Origin: a virus
Lineage: Duplodnaviria > Caudoviricetes
Length of the DNA: 41,207 nucleotides
Direction: 5' to 3' (one strand)
IMG/VR virus record: IMGVR_UViG_3300048856_000015
Coordinates: 1-41,207 of that record
Under the pieces are notes generated by a model that had not been told where the DNA came from, ran no database searches, and saw only the letters and a list, made by a program, of their open reading frames with translations. Positions 26,481 to 33,649 of this stretch are shown in pieces (position 1 is the stretch's first letter; every line of letters starts with the position of its first letter). The translations under genes and the position numbers were made by a program.

Positions 26481-26653
26481 ACGTTCTGCTCACGAAAGAC
26501 TACCGGGGCCAGAAGGCCGGCAAGCTGCTCACCGATATCACGGCATCCGAAGCCGGCGCGATCGAGCGGTTGGGCCTCGGCGAGATCCTGAAGGAAGAGA
26601 AGCCCAAGGCAGAGCCGGCGCGCAAGGGCGATAAGGCCTCCTCGGCTGAATAA
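26477..26653 (+). CDS. Small hypothetical protein (58 aa)
   Basis: Not in ORF track. MNVLLTKDYRGQKAGKLL...; overlaps both neighbours (ATGA, TAATG). Confidence 0.6.
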   Translation: MNVLLTKDYRGQKAGKLLTDITASEAGAIERLGLGEILKEEKPKAEPARKGDKASSAE

Positions 26654-27705
26654 TGGCCACCCTTCGCCAGCAGCTTCTTGAGCTGATTGAAAAGCTCGCC
26701 CCAGACGTCCAGAAGGCGTTCACGGAATCGGTTGACGACATCAAATCCGAGATCGTCTTGCGCGAGGTCGTGGAGAGGCTGGAGAGGCGAGACATCGAGG
26801 GGGCTATCGCAGCCCTGCATATCCAGCCATCGGCGTTCGGGCGGCTCGGTGAGGCGATACGGCAGGCGTTCAATGCCGGCGGCTCGCTCGTCGCGAGCGC
26901 CATGCCAAGGCTGTCCGACTTCCTCGGCGCTCGTGTTGTCTGGCGCTGGAATGTCAGCAACCAGCGGGCCGAAGCCAACATCCGCGAGCTTTCGTCCTCG
27001 CTCATCACCAACGTAACGGAGAGCACGATCGAGGCAGCCCGCGAGACCATCGTCTCCGGATACTCGCAAGGGCAGGGGCCGAACTCCATCGCTCTCGACC
27101 TCGTCGGCCGAAAGAGCGCAGTAACCGGCAAGCGGGAAGGCGGCGTCATCGGCCTCAACGGGCCTCAGGCAGAGCTTATCGCGCGGACGCGGATCAACCT
27201 GCTTTCCGGCGATCCGGCGCTGATGAAGAAGTACCTGGACCTGAAGACGCGAGACAAGCGACTGGACGGCGCCGTGAAGCGAGCAATCGCCTCGGGCAAG
27301 CCGTTGGACGCCGAGACGCTCAACAAGGTGCTCATGCGCCTCCGGGACCGCAATCTCCGCCTCAGAGGCGAGACGGTGGCGAGAACGGAGACCGGAACGT
27401 CGGTTATGGCTGCGAAGCATGAAGCCTACCTACAGGGCCTCGATGCATCCGGCCGAGATGAAAACCTCGTGACGCGCAAATGGCGCAGTTCGGGCAAGCC
27501 GACGGTGAGGCACACCCATCAGGTGCTTAACGGCCAAGAGGTCAAGGGGATGCGCCTTCCGTTCGTGTCTCCTTCAGGGGCGATGATGTGCTTCCCGATG
27601 GACACGTCACTCGGGGCGCCTGCGTCGGAGCGGATAAACTGCGAATGTGATGTGGATTATACGTTCGATTTCGCCGAGGCCTTCGCGCGGTCGCGGGGGC
27701 GGTAA
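26653..27705 (+). CDS. Mu gpF-like head morphogenesis / minor capsid protein
   Basis: RGETVARTET, RKW, VRHTH..LNGQ, F....G..M.FP.D, ERINCEC. Confidence 0.85.
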   Translation: MATLRQQLLELIEKLAPDVQKAFTESVDDIKSEIVLREVVERLERRDIEGAIAALHIQPSAFGRLGEAIRQAFNAGGSLVASAMPRLSDFLGARVVWRWNVSNQRAEANIRELSSSLITNVTESTIEAARETIVSGYSQGQGPNSIALDLVGRKSAVTGKREGGVIGLNGPQAELIARTRINLLSGDPALMKKYLDLKTRDKRLDGAVKRAIASGKPLDAETLNKVLMRLRDRNLRLRGETVARTETGTSVMAAKHEAYLQGLDASGRDENLVTRKWRSSGKPTVRHTHQVLNGQEVKGMRLPFVSPSGAMMCFPMDTSLGAPASERINCECDVDYTFDFAEAFARSRGR

Positions 27706-28172
27706 TGGGCTTCGCGGCGCAGATATCTGAATGGGCGCAGCAGACGGAAGGCGCACTTGAGGCAATCTTCCAAGCCTCAGCGCAAGAGGTCTACAACGCC
27801 GTGAGGCTGTCGGTCCACGATGGCGGGCGCATGCCGGTAAAGACGGGCAACCTTCGCCGGTCCTTCCTCGCCTCCACGGCGGCCATGCCATCGATCAAGG
27901 AAGGCAAAGCGGAGTTCTCGGATCTGGGTAGCGCTTCGGAGCTGACCATTGCCGGCGCCGCGCTCGGTTCGACGGTCTATATCGGCGCCCAGGCTGCCTA
28001 TGCGGCTCGGCTCAACTATGGATTTGTCGGCGAGGACTCGCTCGGCAGGACCTACAATCAGACGGGATATGGCTTCATCGAGGCCGTAAGCCAGCGGTGG
28101 CCGCAAATCGTGGCGGCCGAAGAGGCTAAGGTTCGAGGACGGTTTGAAGCGGGTCCCGGCCCTCGGTCATGA
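27705..28172 (+). CDS. HK97 gp10-like neck protein
   Basis: PVKTGNLRRS and YAARLNYG motifs. Confidence 0.8.
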   Translation: MGFAAQISEWAQQTEGALEAIFQASAQEVYNAVRLSVHDGGRMPVKTGNLRRSFLASTAAMPSIKEGKAEFSDLGSASELTIAGAALGSTVYIGAQAAYAARLNYGFVGEDSLGRTYNQTGYGFIEAVSQRWPQIVAAEEAKVRGRFEAGPGPRS

Positions 28173-28326
28173 TCAGCAACGCCTTCTGCAGGATATCGAG
28201 GTCCCGGATTGCTGTCTCAAGGACTTGCCGGCCGTTCTCAGTCCGGACGGTCTTGTTCACCAGCAGCGACATAGCGGCGTGCAGGAGGTCATACACCTCT
28301 TCATCGCTCAGCGGTTTATTGGCCAT
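28126..28326 (-). CDS. Small antisense moron protein
   Basis: 66-aa helical ORF MANKPLSDEEVYDLLHAAMSLL... filling the gap between neck genes. Confidence 0.6.
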   Translation of the reverse strand: MANKPLSDEEVYDLLHAAMSLLVNKTVRTENGRQVLETAIRDLDILQKALLIMTEGRDPLQTVLEP

Positions 28327-28342
28327 GGGAGAGACGTAGCAG

Positions 28343-28774
28343 ATGGCCGATAGCGTTGAAAAGAAGATTTACCAGGCGCTGTTGATCGCGGCCCAGGCGG
28401 TGACACTGCCATCGAGCGTGCAGCGCGCCGACCCGGGCGTCCCCTTCACGCCGACGGCCACCATGAAGTTCGTCAGCATCGAAATCCACTTCAACCGCCC
28501 GATCGAGACGGACCTGACGCTGGCTATGGACCCGATCCGGCAAGGCTTCATGCGCACGAACGTCATGTGGCCGAAAGGGCAGGCGATCGTGGATGGATAC
28601 GAACTGGCTGGGAAGCTTCGGGAAGCCTTCCGCCGCGGCACCAAACTGTTCCGCACCGACACGCAAGTTCGCATCGATGAGGATCCGGAGATCGGCGTCC
28701 TCGTCACCGGAGCCACCCACCACAACATCCCGGTCACCATCCGGTGGAATTGCCAGCCTCAAGTTCCGGCCTGA
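28343..28774 (+). CDS. Tail terminator-like protein
   Basis: QG.....V.WPKG......A..L...F..GT.L and IPVTIRW; precedes the tail tube gene. Confidence 0.75.
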   Translation: MADSVEKKIYQALLIAAQAVTLPSSVQRADPGVPFTPTATMKFVSIEIHFNRPIETDLTLAMDPIRQGFMRTNVMWPKGQAIVDGYELAGKLREAFRRGTKLFRTDTQVRIDEDPEIGVLVTGATHHNIPVTIRWNCQPQVPA

Positions 28775-28834
28775 TTGGCCTGCCGTCCCCTTCGCGCCTT
28801 CGGCAAGCGCAATCAGACATGAGAGGAAGACCCG

Positions 28835-29575
28835 ATGCCCCAGCTCTATCCTGTGGCCAAATCGAAGATCGCTATGGGCCCGGCGGTCACCACCGTCCCC
28901 GATGACGAGGATATCGACGTCACCGACTTCACCGGCATTTCCTTTACCGAGATCAAGGGCTGGCAGACGATGGGATCGGTCGGCGATGCCGCCGCGCTCA
29001 TCACTGAAGCGGTGATATCCTCTGGCCGCGACCTCAAGGCCAAGGGCACCCGCAACGCCGGCTCGATGCAGAACAATTTCATCATTCTGCCGGATGACCC
29101 CGGCCAGATCGCGCTCATCGCCGCCGAGGCCACGCCCTACAACTACCCGTTCAAGATCACCTTCGACGACGCTCCGCCGGCCGACAGTTCTGTGGTGACC
29201 ATGACCATTGCGGCTCCGGGTGTCATCTCGTGGACCGGCCACGGCCTCGAAGTCGATCAGCCGGTTCGGTTCTCCACCACGGGCGCGCTACCGACGGGCC
29301 TAGTCGCAGGCACGACCTACTATGTGAAGACCGTGCTCGACGCCAACACCTTCACGGTTGCCGCCACCGTTGGCGGCGCGGCCATCACCACGACTGGCAC
29401 TCAGTCCGGCGTGCACACGGCAACCACCGTTCCCAGCCCCACGACGAAGTACTTCTACGGCATCGTCATGTCGGCACAGGAGCAGGGCGGTGGCGCCAAT
29501 ACGGCTCGCCTGCTGGCCGGCAACGTCGAAATCAATAGCCCGGTCATCACCGTGGCTCCGGCTGGGGGCGCTTGA
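28835..29575 (+). CDS. Major tail tube protein with an inserted beta-rich domain
   Basis: K.KGTRNAG and DDPGQIAL.AA; insert TIAAPGVISWTGHGL...TTGALPTGL..GTTYYV. Confidence 0.8.
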   Translation: MPQLYPVAKSKIAMGPAVTTVPDDEDIDVTDFTGISFTEIKGWQTMGSVGDAAALITEAVISSGRDLKAKGTRNAGSMQNNFIILPDDPGQIALIAAEATPYNYPFKITFDDAPPADSSVVTMTIAAPGVISWTGHGLEVDQPVRFSTTGALPTGLVAGTTYYVKTVLDANTFTVAATVGGAAITTTGTQSGVHTATTVPSPTTKYFYGIVMSAQEQGGGANTARLLAGNVEINSPVITVAPAGGA

Positions 29576-29991
29576 TGGACGAGCCTGATTTCATCGACTT
29601 CGGTCTCTTCGACGCCAACCTCCGCCTTCAAGAGGAAGGGATCGCGGTCGAGATCGCGGGCCCGGACAACAAGCCGTCTGGGCTGCTGATCACCATCTGC
29701 GGCCCGGACAGCACTCGCGCCCAGGCGGCATCGATCGCCCTGCAGAAGGAAATCGAGCAGGAGGCCGCGAAAGAAGGGAATGCCGACATCGACAGTCCCG
29801 AAGCCCAGCGGCGCCGGCAGATCTCCTATCTCGCCAAGATCACCAAGGGGTGGAACAAGCCTCCGATGGTCGACGGCGAACGGCTATCGTTCTCGGAAGA
29901 GAATGCGGTCCGGCTCTATACCAAATACCCGATCATCGAGAACCAGGTCCGGTTCAAGGCTGATCGCCGCGGGTCTTTTATCGCAAGCTGA
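29572..29991 (+). CDS. Tail assembly chaperone (G-like)
   Basis: I.ICGPDS, LAKIT.GW, VDGE...FS.ENA..LY.KYP.I..QV; follows the tail tube gene. Confidence 0.8.
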   Translation: MMDEPDFIDFGLFDANLRLQEEGIAVEIAGPDNKPSGLLITICGPDSTRAQAASIALQKEIEQEAAKEGNADIDSPEAQRRRQISYLAKITKGWNKPPMVDGERLSFSEENAVRLYTKYPIIENQVRFKADRRGSFIAS

Positions 29992-30335
29992 TCGCCAAGC
30001 TCGACAGAGCCCTCGCTGATCAGCTCAGAGGCAAGAAGCCGCGCATCCCGGTCGCCGGGCGGCATGTCTGGGAATGGTTCTGGAAGATGGACCGGACGCG
30101 GGAGGGGACGGGCTTCGGCCTGAACCCTCTTCAACCGTCACAGATCGACGCTTGGTTCCGGCTCCGGCGGATAGTGCCGCAAGTTTGGCATTTGGACGCT
30201 ATCGATCGGCTCGATGCTACAAGACTGCGGGTCTATTTCGAGAAGAAGGACGACAAGGAGCCTGAAGCGCAGGTTTCGAGCCGTCCGCTGACGTCGAGGC
30301 TATTCGACGCCCTCTTTCCAGGAAGATCGAAATGA
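29964..30335 (+). CDS. Tail assembly chaperone (T-like), probably reached by -1 frameshift
   Basis: The -1 frame is open from 29964 and encodes HVWEWFW.M.RTR...GFG.NP.....I.AW.RL......W..DAI..LD; no good upstream start. Confidence 0.7.
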   Translation, partial: SPRVFYRKLIAKLDRALADQLRGKKPRIPVAGRHVWEWFWKMDRTREGTGFGLNPLQPSQIDAWFRLRRIVPQVWHLDAIDRLDATRLRVYFEKKDDKEPEAQVSSRPLTSRLFDALFPGRSK

Positions 30336-30338
30336 AAG

Positions 30339-30623
30339 CTAGTTCTGTTGATCTTTCGGAGGGACCGTCGCTTCCAATGCCGTGGCATACCGATGGAGTT
30401 GATCGGCAAGCTCGCGTGCCGCCTTGGGGCTCATCGCGACTTGTATCTGATTTGGTGAACGGTCGTGACGACGGGCCTTATCTAATTCTGCCTGAGACTT
30501 CGCGTAGCCTACTCGCAAGACAACGTGATGCGCTATTGTCGCTACGCCCCAATCGTAAAGCGAATCGGCCTTGAGGTCATTCTCAGACCTGAAGTGCCAC
30601 TTCGACCTGTCTTTGTCGGTCAT
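30339..30623 (-). CDS. Hypothetical protein coupled to the RHH gene
   Basis: 94-aa ORF with ATGA overlap. Confidence 0.65.
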   Translation of the reverse strand: MTDKDRSKWHFRSENDLKADSLYDWGVATIAHHVVLRVGYAKSQAELDKARRHDRSPNQIQVAMSPKAARELADQLHRYATALEATVPPKDQQN

Positions 30624-30835
30624 GGATCGGCCTTCAGATAGCCGTGACCAGTGAGCCAGTCCTTTAGGATGCGGCGGTTCATTTCGGATCGAGACGGTTT
30701 GTCGTCCTGATCTGCCGCAGCTTTATCCAGTGCCTCCCCGATTTCGGGGCGGATCATTGTGTTGAGCTGATCACCCTTGCCGATGGCGGGGCGACCGCGT
30801 TTGTTTTTTTCTAGATTTAATTCTTGACGGGTCAT
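30620..30835 (-). CDS. Ribbon-helix-helix (Arc/Mnt/CopG-like) repressor
   Basis: KRGRPAIGKG......IRPE...ALD..AA.Q.DKPSRSEM.RRIL..WL...GYL. Confidence 0.8.
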   Translation of the reverse strand: MTRQELNLEKNKRGRPAIGKGDQLNTMIRPEIGEALDKAAADQDDKPSRSEMNRRILKDWLTGHGYLKADP

Positions 30836-30858
30836 GCAATAAAGTCTAGAAGAAAAAA
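30805..30858 (+). promoter_or_regulatory. Promoter for the accessory operon with an inverted-repeat operator
   Basis: TTGACG-N17-TAGAAG (30824-30852) bracketed by TTTTTTCTAGATTTA and TAAAGTCTAGAAGAAAAA (two TCTAGA cores). Confidence 0.6.
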
Positions 30859-30928
30859 CAGGCCGAAGCAAGAGGTGGTGCTCTTGCAACGGCCCTAACC
30901 GAAACGAAGATCACTGGAGGATCATCGA

Positions 30929-31357
30929 ATGGCTCATTCCGCCATACCCCTTTCTGCGCTCTTTAGCGACCCTTTTGTGGCGGCGGCTTTCCGCCGCGCT
31001 GACCGGGACAGGGGCGCTGCCGTCGCCGTTCCTGTCCCACGTTCCCCGAACCTCTTCGGCGGAGCCGCCGAGGTCGAGCGAGGCTACGTGGAGAACTGCA
31101 TCGAAGGCTTGATTGCGATCCTCGACCAGATGGATGGCGACGAGAACCTTGAGCCCTATCTCGCCGGCCTTGACGAGTTCAGCCTCGATGACCGCGAGGA
31201 CGAAGACGAACACGGCGGCGATATCCAGGACGAGCCGCACGACGAGACAGACGAAGGGAACGACGAGCCAAGCCTTGGGTGGAGCAACCCGGAAGGTCTG
31301 CGTCGTTACGTGAAGGCAGAAGCTCTCCAGCTTATGGGCGGGGAGGACTGGGAATGA
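30929..31357 (+). CDS. Acidic hypothetical phage protein
   Basis: GGAGG RBS; IEGLIAILDQMDGDENLEP followed by D/E-rich repeats. Confidence 0.75.
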   Translation: MAHSAIPLSALFSDPFVAAAFRRADRDRGAAVAVPVPRSPNLFGGAAEVERGYVENCIEGLIAILDQMDGDENLEPYLAGLDEFSLDDREDEDEHGGDIQDEPHDETDEGNDEPSLGWSNPEGLRRYVKAEALQLMGGEDWE

Positions 31358-31602
31358 AGGAAGAGTGGGTTCTCAACGGATCGACCAACGTAATTCGGCT
31401 CCCTGTCGCTGCGGTGGTGAAAGCCAAGCAGATTTCTGTAGATGAGTTTCTTTCGCGGGCGCTGCCGGCGGAATTGGTTCGATACCATTCGAACGCCCTC
31501 ATTGAAGCGATGGCGGAAATACACCCTCACGAACGAGGTTGGCGCACCGAGATCAGCCATGATCCGGGAAGCGAATATGTGCTCATTGTGCCGCGCATTT
31601 AA
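31354..31602 (+). CDS. Hypothetical protein
   Basis: MKEEWVL start by ATGA overlap; GGAGG RBS. Confidence 0.6.
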   Translation: MKEEWVLNGSTNVIRLPVAAVVKAKQISVDEFLSRALPAELVRYHSNALIEAMAEIHPHERGWRTEISHDPGSEYVLIVPRI

Positions 31603-31736
31603 GACGACCTGAAACCAGATTCCCCGCTGCCATGGGGATGTAACGCGAACACAAAGCTTCATAGGCTCCGGTGTTCGTGAAAGCGAACCCCTGTGCGTTA
31701 CCGGGCTTGGCAGGCCGGACGCCTATGGAGACTGAC

Positions 31737-32396
31737 ATGGCTACTGCAAAACAAGACGTTGGTATCGAACTGCCGCCGCTGCAAATCCAACTGATGGAAG
31801 TTACTGTCGTCGGCGACAGCCCGCTGATCGTGCATGCATGGTCTGAGAAAGCCAAGAAGGAGATGCTTGGTAAGCAGATGAAGGCTGCGAAAATGGCGAA
31901 GGAGGCCAAAGACCCCCGCGCCGACTTCGAAAGCTCGCTATACCGTCTCGGGGACGGGTTCGGCTTCCCCTCGATTGGCTTCAAGGCTGCTGCTGTTACG
32001 GCTTGCACATCGGTTGCCGGGATCACGAAGGTTGCCGCTCGGCAGGCATTTCACATCCTGGGCGAAAACATCGACGTGAATGGCGCCTTCGAAGGGACAA
32101 AGGCTCGCGTTAATCTCGTCCGGATCAACGGCGGCGCGCCTTCGATGCGCGAAGACATGGTTCGCGTCGGGATGGGAACGGCCGACCTTCGCTATCGCGG
32201 CGAGTTCGCCGACTGGCACGCAAAGCTTCTCGTGCGCTACAATGCGAACGTCCTGAGCGAAAGCCAGATCCTCAACATCATCAACGTCGCCGGCTTCGCT
32301 GTCGGCGTAGGTGAATGGAGACCTGAAAAAGACGGCATGAACGGCATGTTCCATGTCGCGACGGAAGCAGAGCATAAGATGTTGGAGGCCGCGTGA
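31737..32396 (+). CDS. Stand-alone Cas7/RAMP-superfamily-like RNA-binding protein (Vipr-like)
   Basis: RAMP hallmarks: V.VVGDSPLIVH strand, FPSIGFKAA helix, thumb-like MVRVGMGTADLRYR, W...L.V.Y strand, glycine-rich loop AGFAVGVGEWRPEKDGMNGMFHV; GGAG RBS. Confidence 0.75.
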   Translation: MATAKQDVGIELPPLQIQLMEVTVVGDSPLIVHAWSEKAKKEMLGKQMKAAKMAKEAKDPRADFESSLYRLGDGFGFPSIGFKAAAVTACTSVAGITKVAARQAFHILGENIDVNGAFEGTKARVNLVRINGGAPSMREDMVRVGMGTADLRYRGEFADWHAKLLVRYNANVLSESQILNIINVAGFAVGVGEWRPEKDGMNGMFHVATEAEHKMLEAA

Positions 32397-32914
32397 TGAA
32401 GATCGCAGGTTTCGAGTTCGCGGAAGGCGCCCGCTTTCAGTCTGGCCAGCATGCCGATGCTAACGTTGTCGGCAACCACATCGAAATGCTCCGGAAGAGG
32501 TTCAAAGGGGAACTGACGCCGCAAGACATCCTCGATGATGCCCGCCACGACAACTCGCCACTACACTCGTTCTTCGAATGGGATGACAGCGCGGCGGCCG
32601 AGCACTACCGGCTGCAGCAGGCGCGGGGGCTCATCCGAAGCGTCGTGGCGATCTATACACGGCAGGACCTGCCGGCCGTGCGTACGAGGGCATACGTCCA
32701 TGTTCCAGAGCCGTCGGCACCGCATTACCGCGAGGCGTCGCATGCGATGTCGCAAACGAAGACCAGGAAGATGATCCTTGACCGGGCGATGAATGAGTTG
32801 AGAGCATGGAAAGCCAAGTACCGCGACCTTGAAGAGTTTGCGGCGTTGATTAAGATCATCGACACCGTTGAAGATGATTTCCCGCGGTCGCTGCGGGTCA
32901 TCGGCAAGAACTAA
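32393..32914 (+). CDS. Conserved partner protein of the Cas7-like gene
   Basis: GTGA overlap; motif LTP..ILD.AR...SPLHSFFEWDDS.AAE.YRLQQAR.LIRSV. Confidence 0.75.
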   Translation: MMKIAGFEFAEGARFQSGQHADANVVGNHIEMLRKRFKGELTPQDILDDARHDNSPLHSFFEWDDSAAAEHYRLQQARGLIRSVVAIYTRQDLPAVRTRAYVHVPEPSAPHYREASHAMSQTKTRKMILDRAMNELRAWKAKYRDLEEFAALIKIIDTVEDDFPRSLRVIGKN

Positions 32915-32935
32915 GTGCGGAGCTGGCGCCCAACT

Positions 32936-33264
32936 GGCTGGCAAGGATCATGGCAGGGCAGGCGCGGCTAGTTGTGGTCACGCATGATAAGGTTATGCCC
33001 GTTTCGGCAGGCATCAGGGTTATGGCGAGAGTTCCTTACAACCTCGCGTCCTTAAAGGATATCGTGGCAGGCGTGGCGAGTTCAGGTAAGTCGAGGTCTG
33101 GCGAGTTCTGTCATGGCAGGCGAGGCGGGGTACGTCGGGTCTAGGTGGGATATGGCAAGTCCCGGCAGGCTAGGCAAGGTCAGGTCTGTTGAGTTGCGTT
33201 TCGGTCTGGCTGGCGGGGTGCCGCATGTTGGGTCGTGGTGTGGCGCGCCAAGGTATGGTGTGGG
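32936..33264 (+). ncRNA. Array of putative guide RNAs: GGC(A/T)GGC-delimited units built of G(G/T)Y-NN pentamers
   Basis: Delimiters at 32936, 32952, 33006, 33066, 33115, 33164 and 33208; intact units are 44, 49, 49 and 54 nt (9+5n); strong G-rich strand skew; ends at a terminator. Confidence 0.8.
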
Positions 33265-33288
33265 AGGCCCGCTTCGGCGGGCCTTTTC
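33265..33288 (+). terminator. Rho-independent terminator closing the array
   Basis: AGGCCCGC-TTCG-GCGGGCCT-TTT. Confidence 0.9.
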
Positions 33289-33595
33289 ATTGACACTGGT
33301 TCGCACTTCGCAAATAGAACGTATCGGCGTAGATTATGAATGGCTCGAAATCAGATTTCATGCCGTATCTGTCTTCCATGCTTACAAAGCCGCAAATCGT
33401 GGTTTGGTCCATTGTTGCTCTTCGCATCCCTCGGATATAGACAGCGCGAGGGTGCGCGTTTTTGGGCTGCATAGCCGCGACAATCTGTTGGACCACTGCC
33501 GCATCAAAATCCTTGTCCGAACCGTCCATTACTTGCTGACCGTAGGCATTCGTCGCGAGCGCCAGCACTAAACCGAAAATCGAGAATCTTTTCAT
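33287..33595 (-). CDS. Exported moron protein
   Basis: Signal peptide MKRFSIFGLVLALATNAYG; ICGFVS...YG....F.PF motif; AAGGAG RBS. Confidence 0.75.
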   Translation of the reverse strand: MKRFSIFGLVLALATNAYGQQVMDGSDKDFDAAVVQQIVAAMQPKNAHPRAVYIRGMRRATMDQTTICGFVSMEDRYGMKSDFEPFIIYADTFYLRSANQCQ

Positions 33596-33649
33596 CGTTC
33601 GCTCCTTGAGTGATGCGACGATAATCCGCATCGCGGAAAGGTAAAGCCG

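Noticed and set aside
32936-33264. Canonical CRISPR array or protein-coding ORFs (32950-33144, 33082-33306, 33113-33571)
   Set aside because: There are no 23-47-bp repeats with unique spacers; the only delimiter is 7 nt. The ORFs are low-complexity by-products of the 5-nt periodicity and two of them run through the terminator.
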